From: Balanoglossus misakiensis
Lineage: Eukaryota > Animalia > Hemichordata
Length of the DNA: 64,000 bases
NCBI GenBank assembly: GCA_040954595.2
Contig: CM082579.2
Span: forward strand, 492,922-556,921
Direction of reading: 5' to 3'
A model generated the notes under the pieces. That model did not search any database and was not told where the DNA came from. It saw only the letters and a list, made by a program, of their open reading frames with translations. Position 1 is the stretch's first letter. Each line of letters opens with the position of its first letter. Positions 18,322 to 36,755 of the stretch are shown here, one piece after another. The translations under genes were made by a program, and so were the position numbers.

Positions 18322-19305
18322 ATGGTAAAGACCAACACACATGGGTACCGTCGTGGTACCAGGTACATGTTCTCAAAACAGTTCCGTAAGAAGGGAGTGG
18401 AACATCTGTCAACGTATATGAAAGTGTACAAGCGTGGAGACATAGTCGACATCAAGGTACACCATATTCAATAATCTTTAATAAACCTTATACCTTATTA
18501 GCATCATTGCCATTATCTTCATAATTCATGGCATAAATAAATAAGTTATGGTTAATTTTATTCTTGCAGGGTAATGGTGCCATCCAAAAGGGTATGCCAC
18601 ACAAAATCTACCATGGGAAGACTGGCAGAGTATACAATGTTACCCAGCATGCTGTTGGTATTATTGTCAACAAACAAGTCAGGTATGATGAAGACAAGTA
18701 GCTTACCGCTCTAAATCAAAATAAACAGAACTAAACAATTAAAAACATCCTTTTCTCGCATCATGTTCATAATTGTTCACACAACATTTCATGGCTCCTA
18801 TTTGTCTTTCAGAAATCGCATCATCCCCAAGAGAATCAATGTTCGGATAGAACATGTCCGTCACTCGAAATGCAGAGATGACTTCCTGAAGAGAGTCAAA
18901 GAGAATGATGAAAAGAAAAAGCAGGCCAAGGCCAGTGGTGTCAAAATCAGTCTCAAAAGACAGGTGTGTCTTTCGTCAGCTATTTGTACTGTGTTGGGCC
19001 AGATAATGTTCCCATAGTTCACTAGTATTTAGAAATGGATACTAACAAAATAAAAAGACACTAGTGGGAAAAAGACAATTACAGTTGATGTCAACAGAAA
19101 AAAAAACTGCGTGATCTGAATGACCATTGATCCATCCATATTTTGCATATTAGGTTTATGACCTATAGGCACGTTTAACACACATTTGTAATTATTGTTT
19201 TTTGTTCAATTACAGCCCATTCAACCACGCCCAGGACACTTCATTAGGACAAAACACAACAAACCAGTGCTGTTTGAACCAATTCCATATGAATTTATCG
19301 CTTAA
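18322..19305 (+). CDS. RPL21: 60S ribosomal protein L21 (eL21), 4 coding exons
   Basis: [25 protein letters not shown]...GDIVDIK|[25 protein letters not shown]...[26 protein letters not shown]...[15 protein letters not shown] at ~19328 and ~19357. Confidence 0.97.
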
Positions 19306-19385
19306 AATGTAAACAGAGCAAAAAGGAAATAAAGAAGCGGTTCTGTATTTCAGAGAAATAAAGTTCTGTCCTGTGTCTCTTCTGG

Positions 19386-19403
19386 TTGTGTGTGTGTGTG
19401 TGT
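19386..19403. repeat. (TG)n microsatellite
   Basis: ttgtgtgtgtgtgtgtgt just downstream of the RPL21 polyadenylation signals. Confidence 0.7.
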
Positions 19404-19749
19404 ATTTTGGTATGCATTTTGCAGACTGTCAGTAATTTCATTCATTTGATCATGTGTTTTAGGGAAGGATGTTAGTGTACAGGTCATAAAGAGAGTTAGA
19501 TCAGATTTATGCTATCAACACAAAATACATTGGAAAAGAAAATAATCACACAAAGTTCATATATTCAAACTTTACAGTGGCCATATTATACAGCCTCATT
19601 ATGATTTGTACGTTGAAGCATGAGGGCGCTGTGACGCATTGGTGACCTTTGACCCAACACATGCAGCCTCCACGAGCATGTGTTTTCATCACATTCACTA
19701 CATAATTAACTGCTGATTAATAAGTTGTTGGCGTTCGTTTCCCAAGATA

Positions 19750-22700
19750 ATGGCGAAAAGTTCCAAGAGTAGAAATGACACAGCAGTACGTACATATAAT
19801 AATATATTAATATAGAACTATACAGTGATGATTAGCTGATATTGAGGAACTCAATGTGTCATATATATCATATACCAGTACATATGTTTATATAAATGTA
19901 GAGGGAAATTGGGCTGTTTTAATATAGGCGGTGTACTACTGGTCCGTTTCTTCATCAGATACTGTTTGCATAATATTTTTAATTCTCAAATACATTTACA
20001 GATCCAGGGTACTAATGACAGTAGTGTTGTCAGCAAATGTTGTATGATGTCACAAGGTTATTTCCATGACAACTACCTCAAGTACTTTGTATCCAACAAA
20101 GTCTACAGGAGATCTCCTTTGATTAATAGAGGTTATTACATCAGAGCTCAAGCTGTCAATCATGTACTCCAAGCCTTCCTGTCATCTACAGATCAGTTGC
20201 CAAGACAACCTAAACAAGTAAGGTTGTTGAAATTAAAGTTTGAGCACTGAAATAAACCCCTTTTTTCATTTCAAAAAGTTTGATGTTTACTTTTACATAA
20301 ATTCAGGCAAAAATTTGAAGTCATTTAAAAATGACAGAGAACAGTTGGCTGTATGTTTGGTAGAATGTAAAAATATTTATGCAACTATTTTCTTACTTTT
20401 GAAGATTGTGTCCCTAGGAGCAGGATTTGATTCAGCATATTTCAGACTTGAGGCGGAAGGTTCTCTTGATGATTGTACATTCTTTGAAGTGGATTTCTTA
20501 GATGTAGCAAAGAGGAAAGCAGGCATCATTGATCAACAGTCGGAACTGAGTGATCTGATTAGAAACAGATGTGTTAACCAAGAGATGCTGAACAAAGGTT
20601 AGTAGGAGGATAGGTGTGACAGTGGGGGGGGGGGGGGACAGAGGACCATACAGCAGACAGATTTCAACATCAAAGAAGTCTACAGTTATTCCAAAGACGA
20701 ATGTGTTATCCATTGTCAGCAGATACATTCCAGCAGTTTGTTCACAGACATTGATCACTGAGACCCTTGATGAATGTTCATGTATGTGAAGTTCTTATTA
20801 TCCGCCACAAGTTTCAGTAATGATGGGGATATATGTATTTACCTCTACAGTCAGCAGGATTGGCTGTCTACCAGCTGATGATCACAGGCTTTCATTGACA
20901 AAACTGAATGAAATCTTGTTGCAGGAGTTGTTTTGAGATCATCCAACTATCAGTTATTGGGTGTTGATATGACTAAGTTGAATGAACTGAGTGAAACACT
21001 ACAGCTGACTGGAATTGATTTCAACAAGCCAACTTTACTTCTCTCAGAATGTGTGATGACATACATGCCTGTTAAAAGGTAAATATATGTGTGAAAGTTA
21101 ATCAGCTACCACTGAAGTGCAGTTTAGAAGCAACGTCTGGAAGGATTAATGCAATGTACAAATAAAAAGTACTTGAGGACCCATTGCCACATAAATAAAC
21201 ATGCTGCAACAAATATATTCAAGATGAGGATAAAAGGAAGTAAAACATCAGAATTACACGTTGCAAAAAATTGTCACCATTTATTTTGTTGGCATTTTCA
21301 GATCTGATGCACTTATATCATGGGCTGCAGAAACATTCAGAAATGCTATGTTTGTCACTTATGAACAAGTAAGTAAAATGTATTAAACCTTAGAGGCTCC
21401 AACGTGGATCAAATTGTGGCAAAAGACCTAAATAAGTTTTGATCACCATGGGTTACATTATGGTTCCTATCATAACAAAACCTGATTGAAAGTTTCCCCT
21501 TGAGAAGTCTGGTTTTCATGCACAGATACTTTGCAATGCTTCAACAGAAAAATTTTGACACAGTGTGTGATATATCTCACTGGCTTATTTTTCTGAACAG
21601 GTTTCACCAGATGATGCATTTGGAAAAGTCATGTAAGTTTGACTCTCTTAATTCACGTAGAACAGTCCGTCAACATTTTGGGGGAAATTTCTGCTGTCTA
21701 ATTGCTCTTACATTGATCATATTGGGCATTTCCCCATTTCATATCCCGTGTGAAGTTTTTGTTGTTTATAAACGATTGTTCTGGTTACCCGTTCTTCATT
21801 GACTTTTCACAGGCTGGACCATTTCAAAAAACTTGGATCACCACTGAAAGCCATTCAGACCTATCCAACAATCACAGCCCAGAAAATGAGATATTTAACA
21901 TTGGTGGGTGACTTCTGTTTCATCATTCTATTCTGTGTGTACAACTGTGTTGAAGGGATGGCACTGTGAAATAGAATTCATTGCATAGCGGCAGAATGTA
22001 ATATATATTCATTTCTTCAATGTAGGGATGGGACATTTCCATAGCAATAAACATGAATGAACTATACTTCAATATTTTGACAATGGAAGAAAGACAAAGA
22101 ATTGAGAAGTTAGAGCCATTTGATGAGTTTGAGGTAAGGTTATCAAAACTGCTGAGTCAGTGTCTGAAAATATGTGCAGAAATAATCTATAGAAGGTGTG
22201 TCTAAGTGTCTTTTATCTTTCTAGGAATGGCAGTTGAAATGTTCTCACTATGTGGTGGTATGTTCATTCACTGGAAATCTGAAACTCTTATCAGACTGTG
22301 TTCTGCCAACAATGCCAAGATGCAGTCCGCCTGACAGGGAAGCTGTTGATAAACCTGGTGATCATGTGACTTTGAGTAAGGTTGATGTGTCTCAGCCAAT
22401 CAGAAGATTTGGTCATGCCACCTGCCTAACTGAGAGTGGTGAGATTGTTGTGATTGGTGGATTTGGTGAAACAAGAAGCACAGGAAAACATGAGAGACTT
22501 GGTGATATTGAAATGATTCATTGGAAGCAGAAGAAAACTAGTCTTGTTCAGCCAAAGCAGAATACTCTAGGTATGTTGTCTGTCATACATGATTACAATT
22601 CTTGTTGATATTATTGCCAACCAGAGTTGATGCAAAAACTAGAATCAAGTGTATGATTTACTTGCACATCCTTTCCATATTCTCTTATCAGTTCGACATA

Positions 22701-24301
22701 ATCATTCACTCTTCCTTTTGTCTAAATAAACTCTCGGATAAGTTCCAGGCATAGCATAAGTTTTGGTGATATTGTTTTCTTGTCAACCTTGGCGTCTTTT
22801 TCATAATCCATAAATCGATGCATGTAATCAGTTTCATTGTTGTTCCTGTTTTAGCTCCACGGATGTTTCATTCAGTTTCCAAATTATCAGGGAATAAGAT
22901 ACTCATATTTGGCGGAAGAACGTCCCCAACAAAACCTCTGAAAGGTTGTGAAATTGTAAGTTTTCAAAGGGAGGATGAAACTCTCTGTTACGAATGTCAC
23001 AACTTCGAGTGCATTGGAAATATACCCAGTCCAAGATGGCGGCATAGTGCCAGTGTGGTTGCTACGGGCGACACAGAGTATGCAGTCATTTTTGGTGGCA
23101 GAACAGCAGAGGAACTTGCTCTGGCAGATTGTTATCTTTTGAATTCCAAGACATGGACATGGGAAGAAGTAAGTGCCAATTATTTTCCGTTTGATCTGTA
23201 TCATAAAAATGTTGACGAGTAACAGAATATAGTTAATCAGAGATATTTTTCCTAAAACAACTATGTAGACTTTATATGGTAAAGTATTTCCTAAAAGTTT
23301 GGCATGATATGGTTTGCTTCTGTTTGTGGACATTAGGTGAAGTCAAGTGGTGATCAGCCATGTGCAAGGCATTCCCATTCTGCAGCTGTTTACAAAAACA
23401 ACAGAGTTGTCATCACTGGTGGTCTGAATTCTGAATTGAAAGCTTTGAATTCTATGCATGTGCTCCACTGTGACAGAACACCACCATGCTGGGAGAAACT
23501 GAATCCTGTGCCAGAGATCCAACGCAGGTAATAAAGGGATTTGCAGTTTACTGAGGTATCAAAGTAGTGTCTGGGTTGGTGTTAGTGATGTGTTTTGTAG
23601 ATATCTGTGCGATGAATTTTGGTGTGATAAATCTGTGGTGAAACTGACAGCCTTTTTTTGGCATTTTGTCTCTGTAGGTATTCTCACACTTGTGAGTTAG
23701 TGGAAGATCAGTTGTTGTTATTGGGTGGAGTGAGTCATTGTAGTCAAAGCCGACTTGGTCTTGCTGTGATTCATCTACAAACTATGGTACACCAAGAGTA
23801 TTCCCTGCCAGTAAGTGGTCACAAACAGATTTTATGGTATAGCAAGTTAGTTTGCCAACCATTGAATCTCAGTATCAATCCTTTATCTACAGTTTCAACG
23901 CCGACGTGTCTTTAATAATTGCTTCATTGACACCTTGTAGGACTGAAGATCCCTCTTGGCTAACAACAGTCTTGTGTGATTGAACATTAACAGATCACCA
24001 ACGATTTACTTTCCATGTCCATTTACTGGACAACATTGTTGCATATACAGTATTTTCTATGAATATATACTAGAGAAAGTGTGTAATCTGTGTTATAAAA
24101 TCCTTTTTCCTTACTCTACAGGGAATTGACCCAGAATTTCCCATAATGCTGCATAACCACAGAAGCCATCTTGTTTCCAGGACAGAGCTGTGCATTGTGG
24201 GTGGTGGAGGCAACTGTTTTTCATTTGGAACTCATCTGAATACAACCCCATTTGTATTTGATGTAAAGGACATTATTGAAACCCGGCCAGTCTCAGACTG
24301 A
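19750..24301 (+). CDS. LCMT2: tRNA wybutosine-synthesizing protein 4 (leucine carboxyl methyltransferase 2), multi-exon
   Basis: MAKSSKSRNDTA|IQGTNDSSVVSKC...RRSPLINRGYYIRA...IVSLGAGFDSAYFRL (SAM-binding LCM domain), PTLLLSECVMTYM, LEPFDEFEEW, Kelch-type repeats (RRFGHAT, PRMFHS, PRWRHSA, ARHSHSA) and C-terminal GGGGNCFSFGTHLN. Confidence 0.93.
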
Positions 24302-24615
24302 AAGGTGATCAACACGCATTTACAGGAACTGGAATATTGACTGCATATCACATTCAAGATTTTGCGTCATTTTCAGAGTAGAGCATAAAACCTGATTTGA
24401 AAGTCTTCATTCATACTTTCTTACATTCATGTCTGCTCCATCCGTCAGACATAGCCTGTGTCACAGTAACCAGGGAATGACAGAAACATATCTGAGACAA
24501 TTCACATTTATGTTATTACATGACAAAGTCAATGTTCTTTTATTGAATAATCAGAATTGTGCTTCACAAAAGTACATGATGATGAATAATTCCTTGAAAG
24601 CAGACCACTTTCTGC

Positions 24616-24634
24616 AGAGAGAGAGAGAGAGAGA
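24616..24634. repeat. (GA)n microsatellite
   Basis: agagagagagagagagaga between the convergent LCMT2 and protease 3' ends. Confidence 0.7.
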
Positions 24635-24780
24635 CTTAATGGTTACGTATACAAACTTGACATTTTTCTCTCTCCACATATACTGACACATATTGGATTT
24701 TAAAAGTGCAATCATACAGAACAGCCAGGGAACCTTTTAATTTAATTTCAACCGTACCTTTTATGATTAATGCCTGTGAA

Positions 24781-27258
<2,478 letters not shown>

Positions 27259-27454
27259 CTTGGTTCTGAAATCAGAGAAATAGAAATCATTGAGTCAGTT
27301 GTCATGAAGACTGAAAGGGAGATCAATGAATTTAAAAGAAAGTTTCAAAAAAGTTACTGGAACTTTGCAAACAAATGATTCAGGATGATTACTTTACATG
27401 AATATGGGTAACTTGGAAGACGAGAAAATCAGAGAGAAAAGACGGAATGAGAGA

Positions 27455-27620
27455 CGCACCTGTATCGTTGACGAGTCTGAACAACTATGACTTTGTTGGT
27501 TTGTTCTACAGCCTTATATGCAACCACGAAGTCTGTTATCTTTGCGACATCCGCCAATATGCTTCATTAATCAAAAAGACCCAGTTCAAATTCAGTATAG
27601 AAAATGCGATATGAAATTGC
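27455..27620 (-). promoter_or_regulatory. Non-coding first exon and TATA/GATA promoter of protease copy 1
   Basis: A donor-flanked short exon (~27460-27490) is homologous to that of copy 2. On the minus strand, CATATAAG (~27513-27520) and AGATAA (~27536-27541) are present. A 19-bp block is shared with the copy 2 promoter. Confidence 0.5.
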
Positions 27621-29869
27621 TATTACTGATACAATAATGACCGGTGGCAGTGCACAAATTCTCATCATTAATATTTGTAGACACATTTGTGATAATGAGC
27701 AACATGTGGGTCAGTAACAGGTGAATGTACTGTCGAATCATTTGCTGGCAAGCTCAAACCGCAAATTCAGGGCTACGTGAGGTGGGATAGATTTGTAGTT
27801 TTCAAAAAGACTAGAAGTTTATTTTGTTCTTTTGAATAGATATATCGCGTTTTGAAATGGAAACACATATTTCTAAGACCTGGTTCGGAAGACATTTTGG
27901 GAATCGATTTGTATTTGGCATATGAGAGTGAGCGCTATTTGTTAACAGTAGTCTCTTGTGTATATAGATGTCATTTCAATAGTATTTTTTTATTTAAAAA
28001 AATGACAAGGACTGGTCACAAAAGAAAATATGTTTGATGGATTTTTTAAACACTGACCATGCATGTTGCGTATATTATTTGCAAGCAAGTTAAGTGATAA
28101 TTATCAAGATATTTAAAGAATACAGAGTCTTTGCTGAGTCATATTAAATGTATCATCATCACCATATCAACGATAAGCGAACATTATCAAAATCGTGTGC
28201 ACACGTCAACAGAATTGGATCGATACTACATTGAGTGGGGTGAGGCAGCCCGCCCCCCAACAGGTGCCGAATCTCACCGAATTTATCTCCGTGCCATCCA
28301 ACTACACACACCACATCTTCTGTATATCTAGTACCAGGTGGAATTGATGCGTGGGGCTGACATAGTTCAACACAACCAAGGGCATCGCGTTCGCGTAAAC
28401 TTTGTAATATTAGTGATTAAATTTCCGGTAAGATACACGTATTAGATTTCGAGATTTTATGAAATTCTGGTCATAAGATAGGATGTGATGTTATAAATAA
28501 TTTAGGCCCTATATGAAGCCTAGCATCCAACAGTAATGTTCACGTAAGTAAGCTCTCGTGAAGAAATAAGTCTTAAGCTTTGATCTGAAGGTACAATGTT
28601 AGAAGCTGATCGAATAAGACCTGGCAGTGTCTTCCATAGAATTGATGAACGATAGGAGAAGGATCTGTTTTAAGTGTAGTTAGTCATACGATAACAGGCG
28701 GCCTTCACTATTATTCACAATTGGCTACTGCAGCTACAGGAATCTCTAAAACAATGCTTGCTACCTGATGTGAAAACCAAGCACTTGTCAGATTTTATCA
28801 TCCCTGTATGAAATGTGTGTCATGTCAACATGGGGCAATTTTCCGGTCTTTGGCAAAGAATTTCGTTCATGATTTTTGTATAACAAGAGTATTGTTATAT
28901 CTCTTATGTGACGGTCACTTTAAATACAACGCAAATTTTCACCATCCTTGTAACGGTGGTTCTTATTATTTCCCCAAAGTCAACACGTCGGAATAGAGTC
29001 ATGTTTGCTTTGATTTCTCTGTCGAGAACAGAATCACATTTTCACCGCCCACACGTCTTTCCGGTTGAAACTGTGATAATATACACCCAGTGTGCTTTGC
29101 GGCGACGAGTACAGCGACATTAGGCAAGTTGATGATTGTGGCGTGTTCCATTGTTGTGTGGAACCGTGGTCTACCTGTTCCAGGTGTGTGGAAAGTAACT
29201 GACCAATCAGAATAATCGTTCAAATGCCACCATGTCTGTGCATGGTATCCGAACTGAGATTGTGTCAGTGATAACATTAGGTGGCCACTGAACCATTTTT
29301 ATCACAAATTTGTAAAGTATATTACATGTATCTGTAGAAAAGGTCACGTGAGATGATAAAATCCACCAACTTCCCTCGACTTGTTGAGTGTGTGTATGAA
29401 AAGTGTTAAAACGATTCTCCTTTGATCGTGGATATGCATGCTGGCCGCACATATGCAATGAAAAGACAAAACGCATCATGTAAGCGTCCATTTTGTTTTA
29501 TTGCATAAACTGATTCACAATTTCAATGTTGAATTCCATAACAATAAAATAATGGTGTGAATTCTTTGAGTTCTTTCCTTGCTGCCTGAAAGAGAGAGAG
29601 AGTGAGAGAATATTTAGAGTTCGCATTAGTGAATGTTTGACGTATGGATAAGGTTGATATGGATAAGTTCCATGCAATTCCCCAAGAAATCATGTGAGTG
29701 CCATTTACTTTCACGCTGGACTTTCATGACCTTTACTTAGAGTCTGCATCTGGGGTCTGCTTATAGCTCCTATAACATGTCAGTGACACCAGTTACTTGA
29801 AAGAGAATCTTTGAAAGTGATTTAAGTTTGCCTGCATGTTACCTGCTACAACGTCAGCCAATGAAGAAA

Positions 29870-32363
<2,494 letters not shown>

Positions 32364-32604
32364 CTTGGTTCTGAAATCAGAGAAATAGAAAAGTTTTATA
32401 CAGTCGCCACGAACAGTATTATTGTTTGAAAATTACTCACAGAAGCAAGCCTAAAGCATTAATCATCACAGCAGTTTTAAAGGTGATTGTAGAGAATTGT
32501 GCAAACCCAATGTTAGCAGCGATCGGAGATGCGTTTGAGAGTAATTTAGGCTTAGGCCTACATGCAAATGTGTGATCAGAGAGAGCAAGATGGATGCCGG
32601 GCAA

Positions 32605-32811
32605 ACTTACCTATATCTTTGACGAGTCAGAACAACTGTAATGAGCTTCATTAGTATTCCCTTTTTATAAATATTCAGAAGAATGTTATCTGTTCAACAT
32701 CCGCCTGAAAATTTCATCATCAATCAAATCGAGCCAGACGACTAACGTAATTTTTGCCATATGTCTTTTTGTATAATATCAAATGATAAAAGTAGAAAAT
32801 GCGATATGAAA
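32605..32811 (-). promoter_or_regulatory. Non-coding first exon and TATA/GATA promoter of protease copy 2
   Basis: gtaag donor at ~32610, minus-strand TTTATAAAA at ~32663-32671, AGATAA at ~32686-32691, and the shared block TAGAAAATGCGATATGAAA at 32793-32811. Confidence 0.55.
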
Positions 32812-34280
32812 GCACCAATAAGTCCCCGTGGAAGTAGTCAATGAATGGTTGCGTCTGTTTGTGTGTCCATTTAGCTGTAATTACTGCATGGAACAAATTT
32901 GATACCAATACAATGCACAATTGCGCACATACGTCAGTTAATTTTGCAACGCGATCCAATAAAACCATGCACCGGGCGGGCAATTCTGTTGTGAAATTCT
33001 TCATCCCTGGATACATGATTCTATACTTTAGTCAGATTTGTTTGACCACCCAATTTCATTCAAAGTTGGTACGAGAACCAATTTCTCTCCAACTTTCCAC
33101 AAGGACAATGTAGGCCTAGTATGACATATATTTGACCATCAAGATTTTTGTCGATAATCAAGATTTGTCGAGATTTATATAGCCACCGGGCAATTTCTAA
33201 TAGCGCTTTGGTTAATTTGATTAACGATTCTATAGAGAATAGACATATAGAATATCTAAGTCCAGTTATGCAGCGGGGATCATGTCATTGCCAATTACTG
33301 ATTATTTAATGTATTATTTAACTTATTATTAATATAAAAGATGTCGCAGTTGCCAATTTCCCACCATTTGTGTCTTTCTACCGTCAGAAACACGCGATAA
33401 TGATGCAGTTCGGTGACCCGTCAGTGGATCATCTATAAGTAAACTGATACACGTATGTCTATCCTCAAACTGTGATGGGTCACCTTGAAAACTTCAGGTT
33501 CTACATATAGGGCACTTTTGGAGACCTCATACCCCCCTCCATACCCACTACCACGCCTTCAAACCCTATTGCCCCCATAGTATTTGACGTTATCCCGTGA
33601 TAGGCATACTTGTTGAAACACTTTCAATTTGTTTGAAAATTGGGTGAATGGTTGCTGGTACATGTATTGCCAAAATAGCTGCATTTTGTAATGTCCTCGG
33701 GTATTTTGCAATGTCATCGTCCATGAAGGACAATTTGTAACACATCTGTTCATGTATCTTATCATTGACAGAATCCGTCTGTAGGCCTAACAGGTGGGGG
33801 AAATGTGGTCCTTATCATTCTGTGCCTGTAGCCATAGTATATCGGTGGCTGGACCGGACAACACATACGATAGGCCTGTTTACACCAAAAGGAGTGTCCA
33901 CCAGAGATGGCGTTATTGTTTGAACAATTCCATTACGGACAAAATGCGTATCTCATTTTTTTTTACATTAAAGCTAACACGTTTATGATGAATGCTAAGG
34001 TATCCACCGTCTGGTCTTGTGTGCGGTTGTAATAATGCGACTTGCGTATATGTCCATAAAGTATACACAATTAAGTGTAAGAATTTTTGCGAAAACAGCC
34101 TATGATATTAGTCCACTAGGTATGTCACCCATAGATTATTACTTTAAAAAGTACATGTGCAACTCAGGCATGCAGTGATGCGCTAGTCTGGTTCCCTGCC
34201 CCAATCTCACCGCTGGCTGCGCTACGCTATGCTAAATTTACCCATGATGCACTACAACACGAGCTGTGATGTAAACAAAC

Positions 34281-36755
34281 ATGGCGGAAAAGTTGCCTGT
34301 CGAGGTAAGTTTCGGGGGAATTTTTTTTTCGTCCAAAGCCAAAATACAGGTCATCTAACGCGTGACCTGCGTATTTTAGTGATGTGTGATAGGTAGACTT
34401 GAGTATGCTAATCCTAGCTCCAATGAAGTATCTGCCACTGGCGTTACTCACAGTTGGAATCACTGACTGCGACCTGAAAATAATTATTTTCAGGTGGAAT
34501 CAAACACACAGGTGCTTAAAAATAGGGTTAGGGACTTAGGGGTAGGGGTAAAAATATTATATCTGTGTGTGGGTGGAGGCTCGCCGTAACAACACAGCCC
34601 TGCCACGCAGAGCTAACTCACAAATGACACTGCACCACTCGACAGTGACAATATTGATATTAAACTTCAATGCTTTTAATTTATTAAAGACCTCTCACAT
34701 CTTAGGTGAAAATTAGCATATTTGATGGGAAATAATCACCGAGCGAAGTTATAAGCAAACTGTAACTTTTGCTTCTCTTGTTCACAGGTGATATCTTATA
34801 TCATGAGATATCTGAGCGTGTCTGACCGAAAAGATGCTGCTTTGGTGAACAAGAAGTGGTATGAAGCAGCCATGGATCCAGTCTTGCAACAAGACATCAT
34901 TCTGACATTCCAGACTCCATCCATGAATGATGGACCCATTATTGGTTTCGGAAGACGAAAAAGTCCAAACCTGGTTCTCAACAACATTGATGGTTCATCA
35001 CACTCAAAAGCCATCATTCAGAAAGCTTGTCAGTACATGGGAATGAACTTGACCTCGCTGTCACTCAAAGTGTCAGATATCACTGAAGGGACTTTCATGT
35101 CAATAGTTCCATATTGCCATCATCTTAGAAGTCTTGACCTTAGCTCGTGCAATAGCTTGTTTATGTCTGGAAAACTGCTGGAAAAGGCAAAAGACAAGGA
35201 GGCGTTGAAAGAAGCTCTAGAAAATCTGAAAGAATTAAATCTCAGCTCAATAAGGTTTCTATCAGATGCCCTCTTCTGTAGAATGGTGTCCTGCACACCG
35301 AACGTAGAGAAACTGTCACTTGCATCGTGCCTTTTGGCTATTGAGTTTGACCCCTACAGAGGTCGCAGAGGTCGTGATTCAGAATCTTTGCTGACTTTTT
35401 CAAATGTCTTGAAATTTGTCCAAGAACACAAAACAACACTTAAGGGTTTGGATCTGAGTAGAACAGCTGTAACTAATGAATGTCTCACGTCACTCGTCAA
35501 AATACCAGGATTACAGCTGAGAGAAATTTCTCTGAGAGCATGCAGAGACATCTCTGATGAGGGCATAGCTATTCTTGCCAAGTCACAAACTGGTCTCAAG
35601 AAAATTGACATCAGTTCGTGTCAAGATTTGAGAGATGGGTCGCTGGTTGCAATCCAGCAACATGTGACTGATCTGGAGCACTTGAACTGCGCCAAGTGTC
35701 GTTACATCAGTGATGCAGCTGTGGTGAAGATGAATTCTTCACTTCCAGGCCTGACCTACCTCAACTTGTCCGACTGCTACCAACTGACATCAGTAGGACT
35801 CACCAGAGGGCTCTGTTCTGGCACTGCTTCCAGCATTGTATCCCTGAATCTAAACTGCTGCAGTTTGGTTCAAGATGACCTTGTATTGGCCATGTCAAAG
35901 GTCATGAAGCAGCTGGTAGAGCTTGACCTTGGCTCCTGTTTCCCACTGACGGACAGGAGTGTTAACATCATCGCCAAGTCATTTGGAAGGCTTCGAGCAC
36001 TGAGACTGGCATGGTGCAAAGAGATCACTGACTTTGGGCTTCTGGGCTTGGAGAAGTTTATCTATCAGGATCAAGATGAGGAGACGAGAGATGAAGGCGT
36101 ACAAAACACGCACCAAGGCATTAAGATGAACACCCCAGGAAAGCCCAATGAATACAGCAGTGGTCGATTTTCCCGGAATTACTGCAACATGGGAATGTTC
36201 AGTGCCCCTTCCGATGGCGACAGAAACCCACCGCAGAAAATCTCATTCTCTGATGTGGAAAAAGAAATGCGTAAAGATAAGAATACAGCTATTTACATGC
36301 TGAAAGGGTTGCAGAGTTTGAGTCTCAACGCCTGTCAACACATCACAGATGTTGGCATTTCTGGGGGAATTAAATTCCGTGAGTTGAAGCGACTCGATCT
36401 CAGCATGTGTCCGAAGTTAACGGATGAAGGTGTGAAGATGATCTGTCAAAACAACAGAAGCCTGGAAGAGTTGCATCTCAGCCAATGTCAGAAAATCACA
36501 GACATCAGCATCACCATGATTGCCAGGAACTTGATCCGACTGCTTCTGCTTGACCTCTCAAGCTGTGACAGCGTGACAGATCAGTCCCTGGTTGTTCTTG
36601 CTAAGCACAGCCGCCAGCTGAGGCACCTCAACTTGTCAATGTGTGGTCAGATCACAATGGAAGCAGTAGACAGACTCACTCACACCATGAAAGATCTATC
36701 TGTGCAGGCTCAGTATGTTGGTGGCACCCTGGACTATGACCTGTTTGCCACCTAA
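34281..36755 (+). CDS. F-box/leucine-rich repeat protein (LRRC29/FBXL9-like), 2 exons
   Basis: Exon 1 (34281-34304, MAEKLPVE, gtaagt) splices to exon 2 (34788-36755), giving the F-box LPVEVISYIMRYLSVSDRKDAALVNKKW followed by many cysteine-containing LRRs (LxxLdLsxCxxitD). Subfamily assignment is from recall of the architecture only. Confidence 0.88.

Noticed and set aside
18684-18720. ATGATGA C-box-like word in an RPL21 intron
   Set aside because: It overlaps the splice donor and has no suitably placed CTGA D box or terminal stem.
18964-19215. Possible H/ACA snoRNA in the last RPL21 intron (CCCA..CACTAGT/ACTAGTGGG stem, ANANNA, ACA)
   Set aside because: The second hairpin is unconvincing, the motifs are too short in A-rich sequence, and no target was identified.
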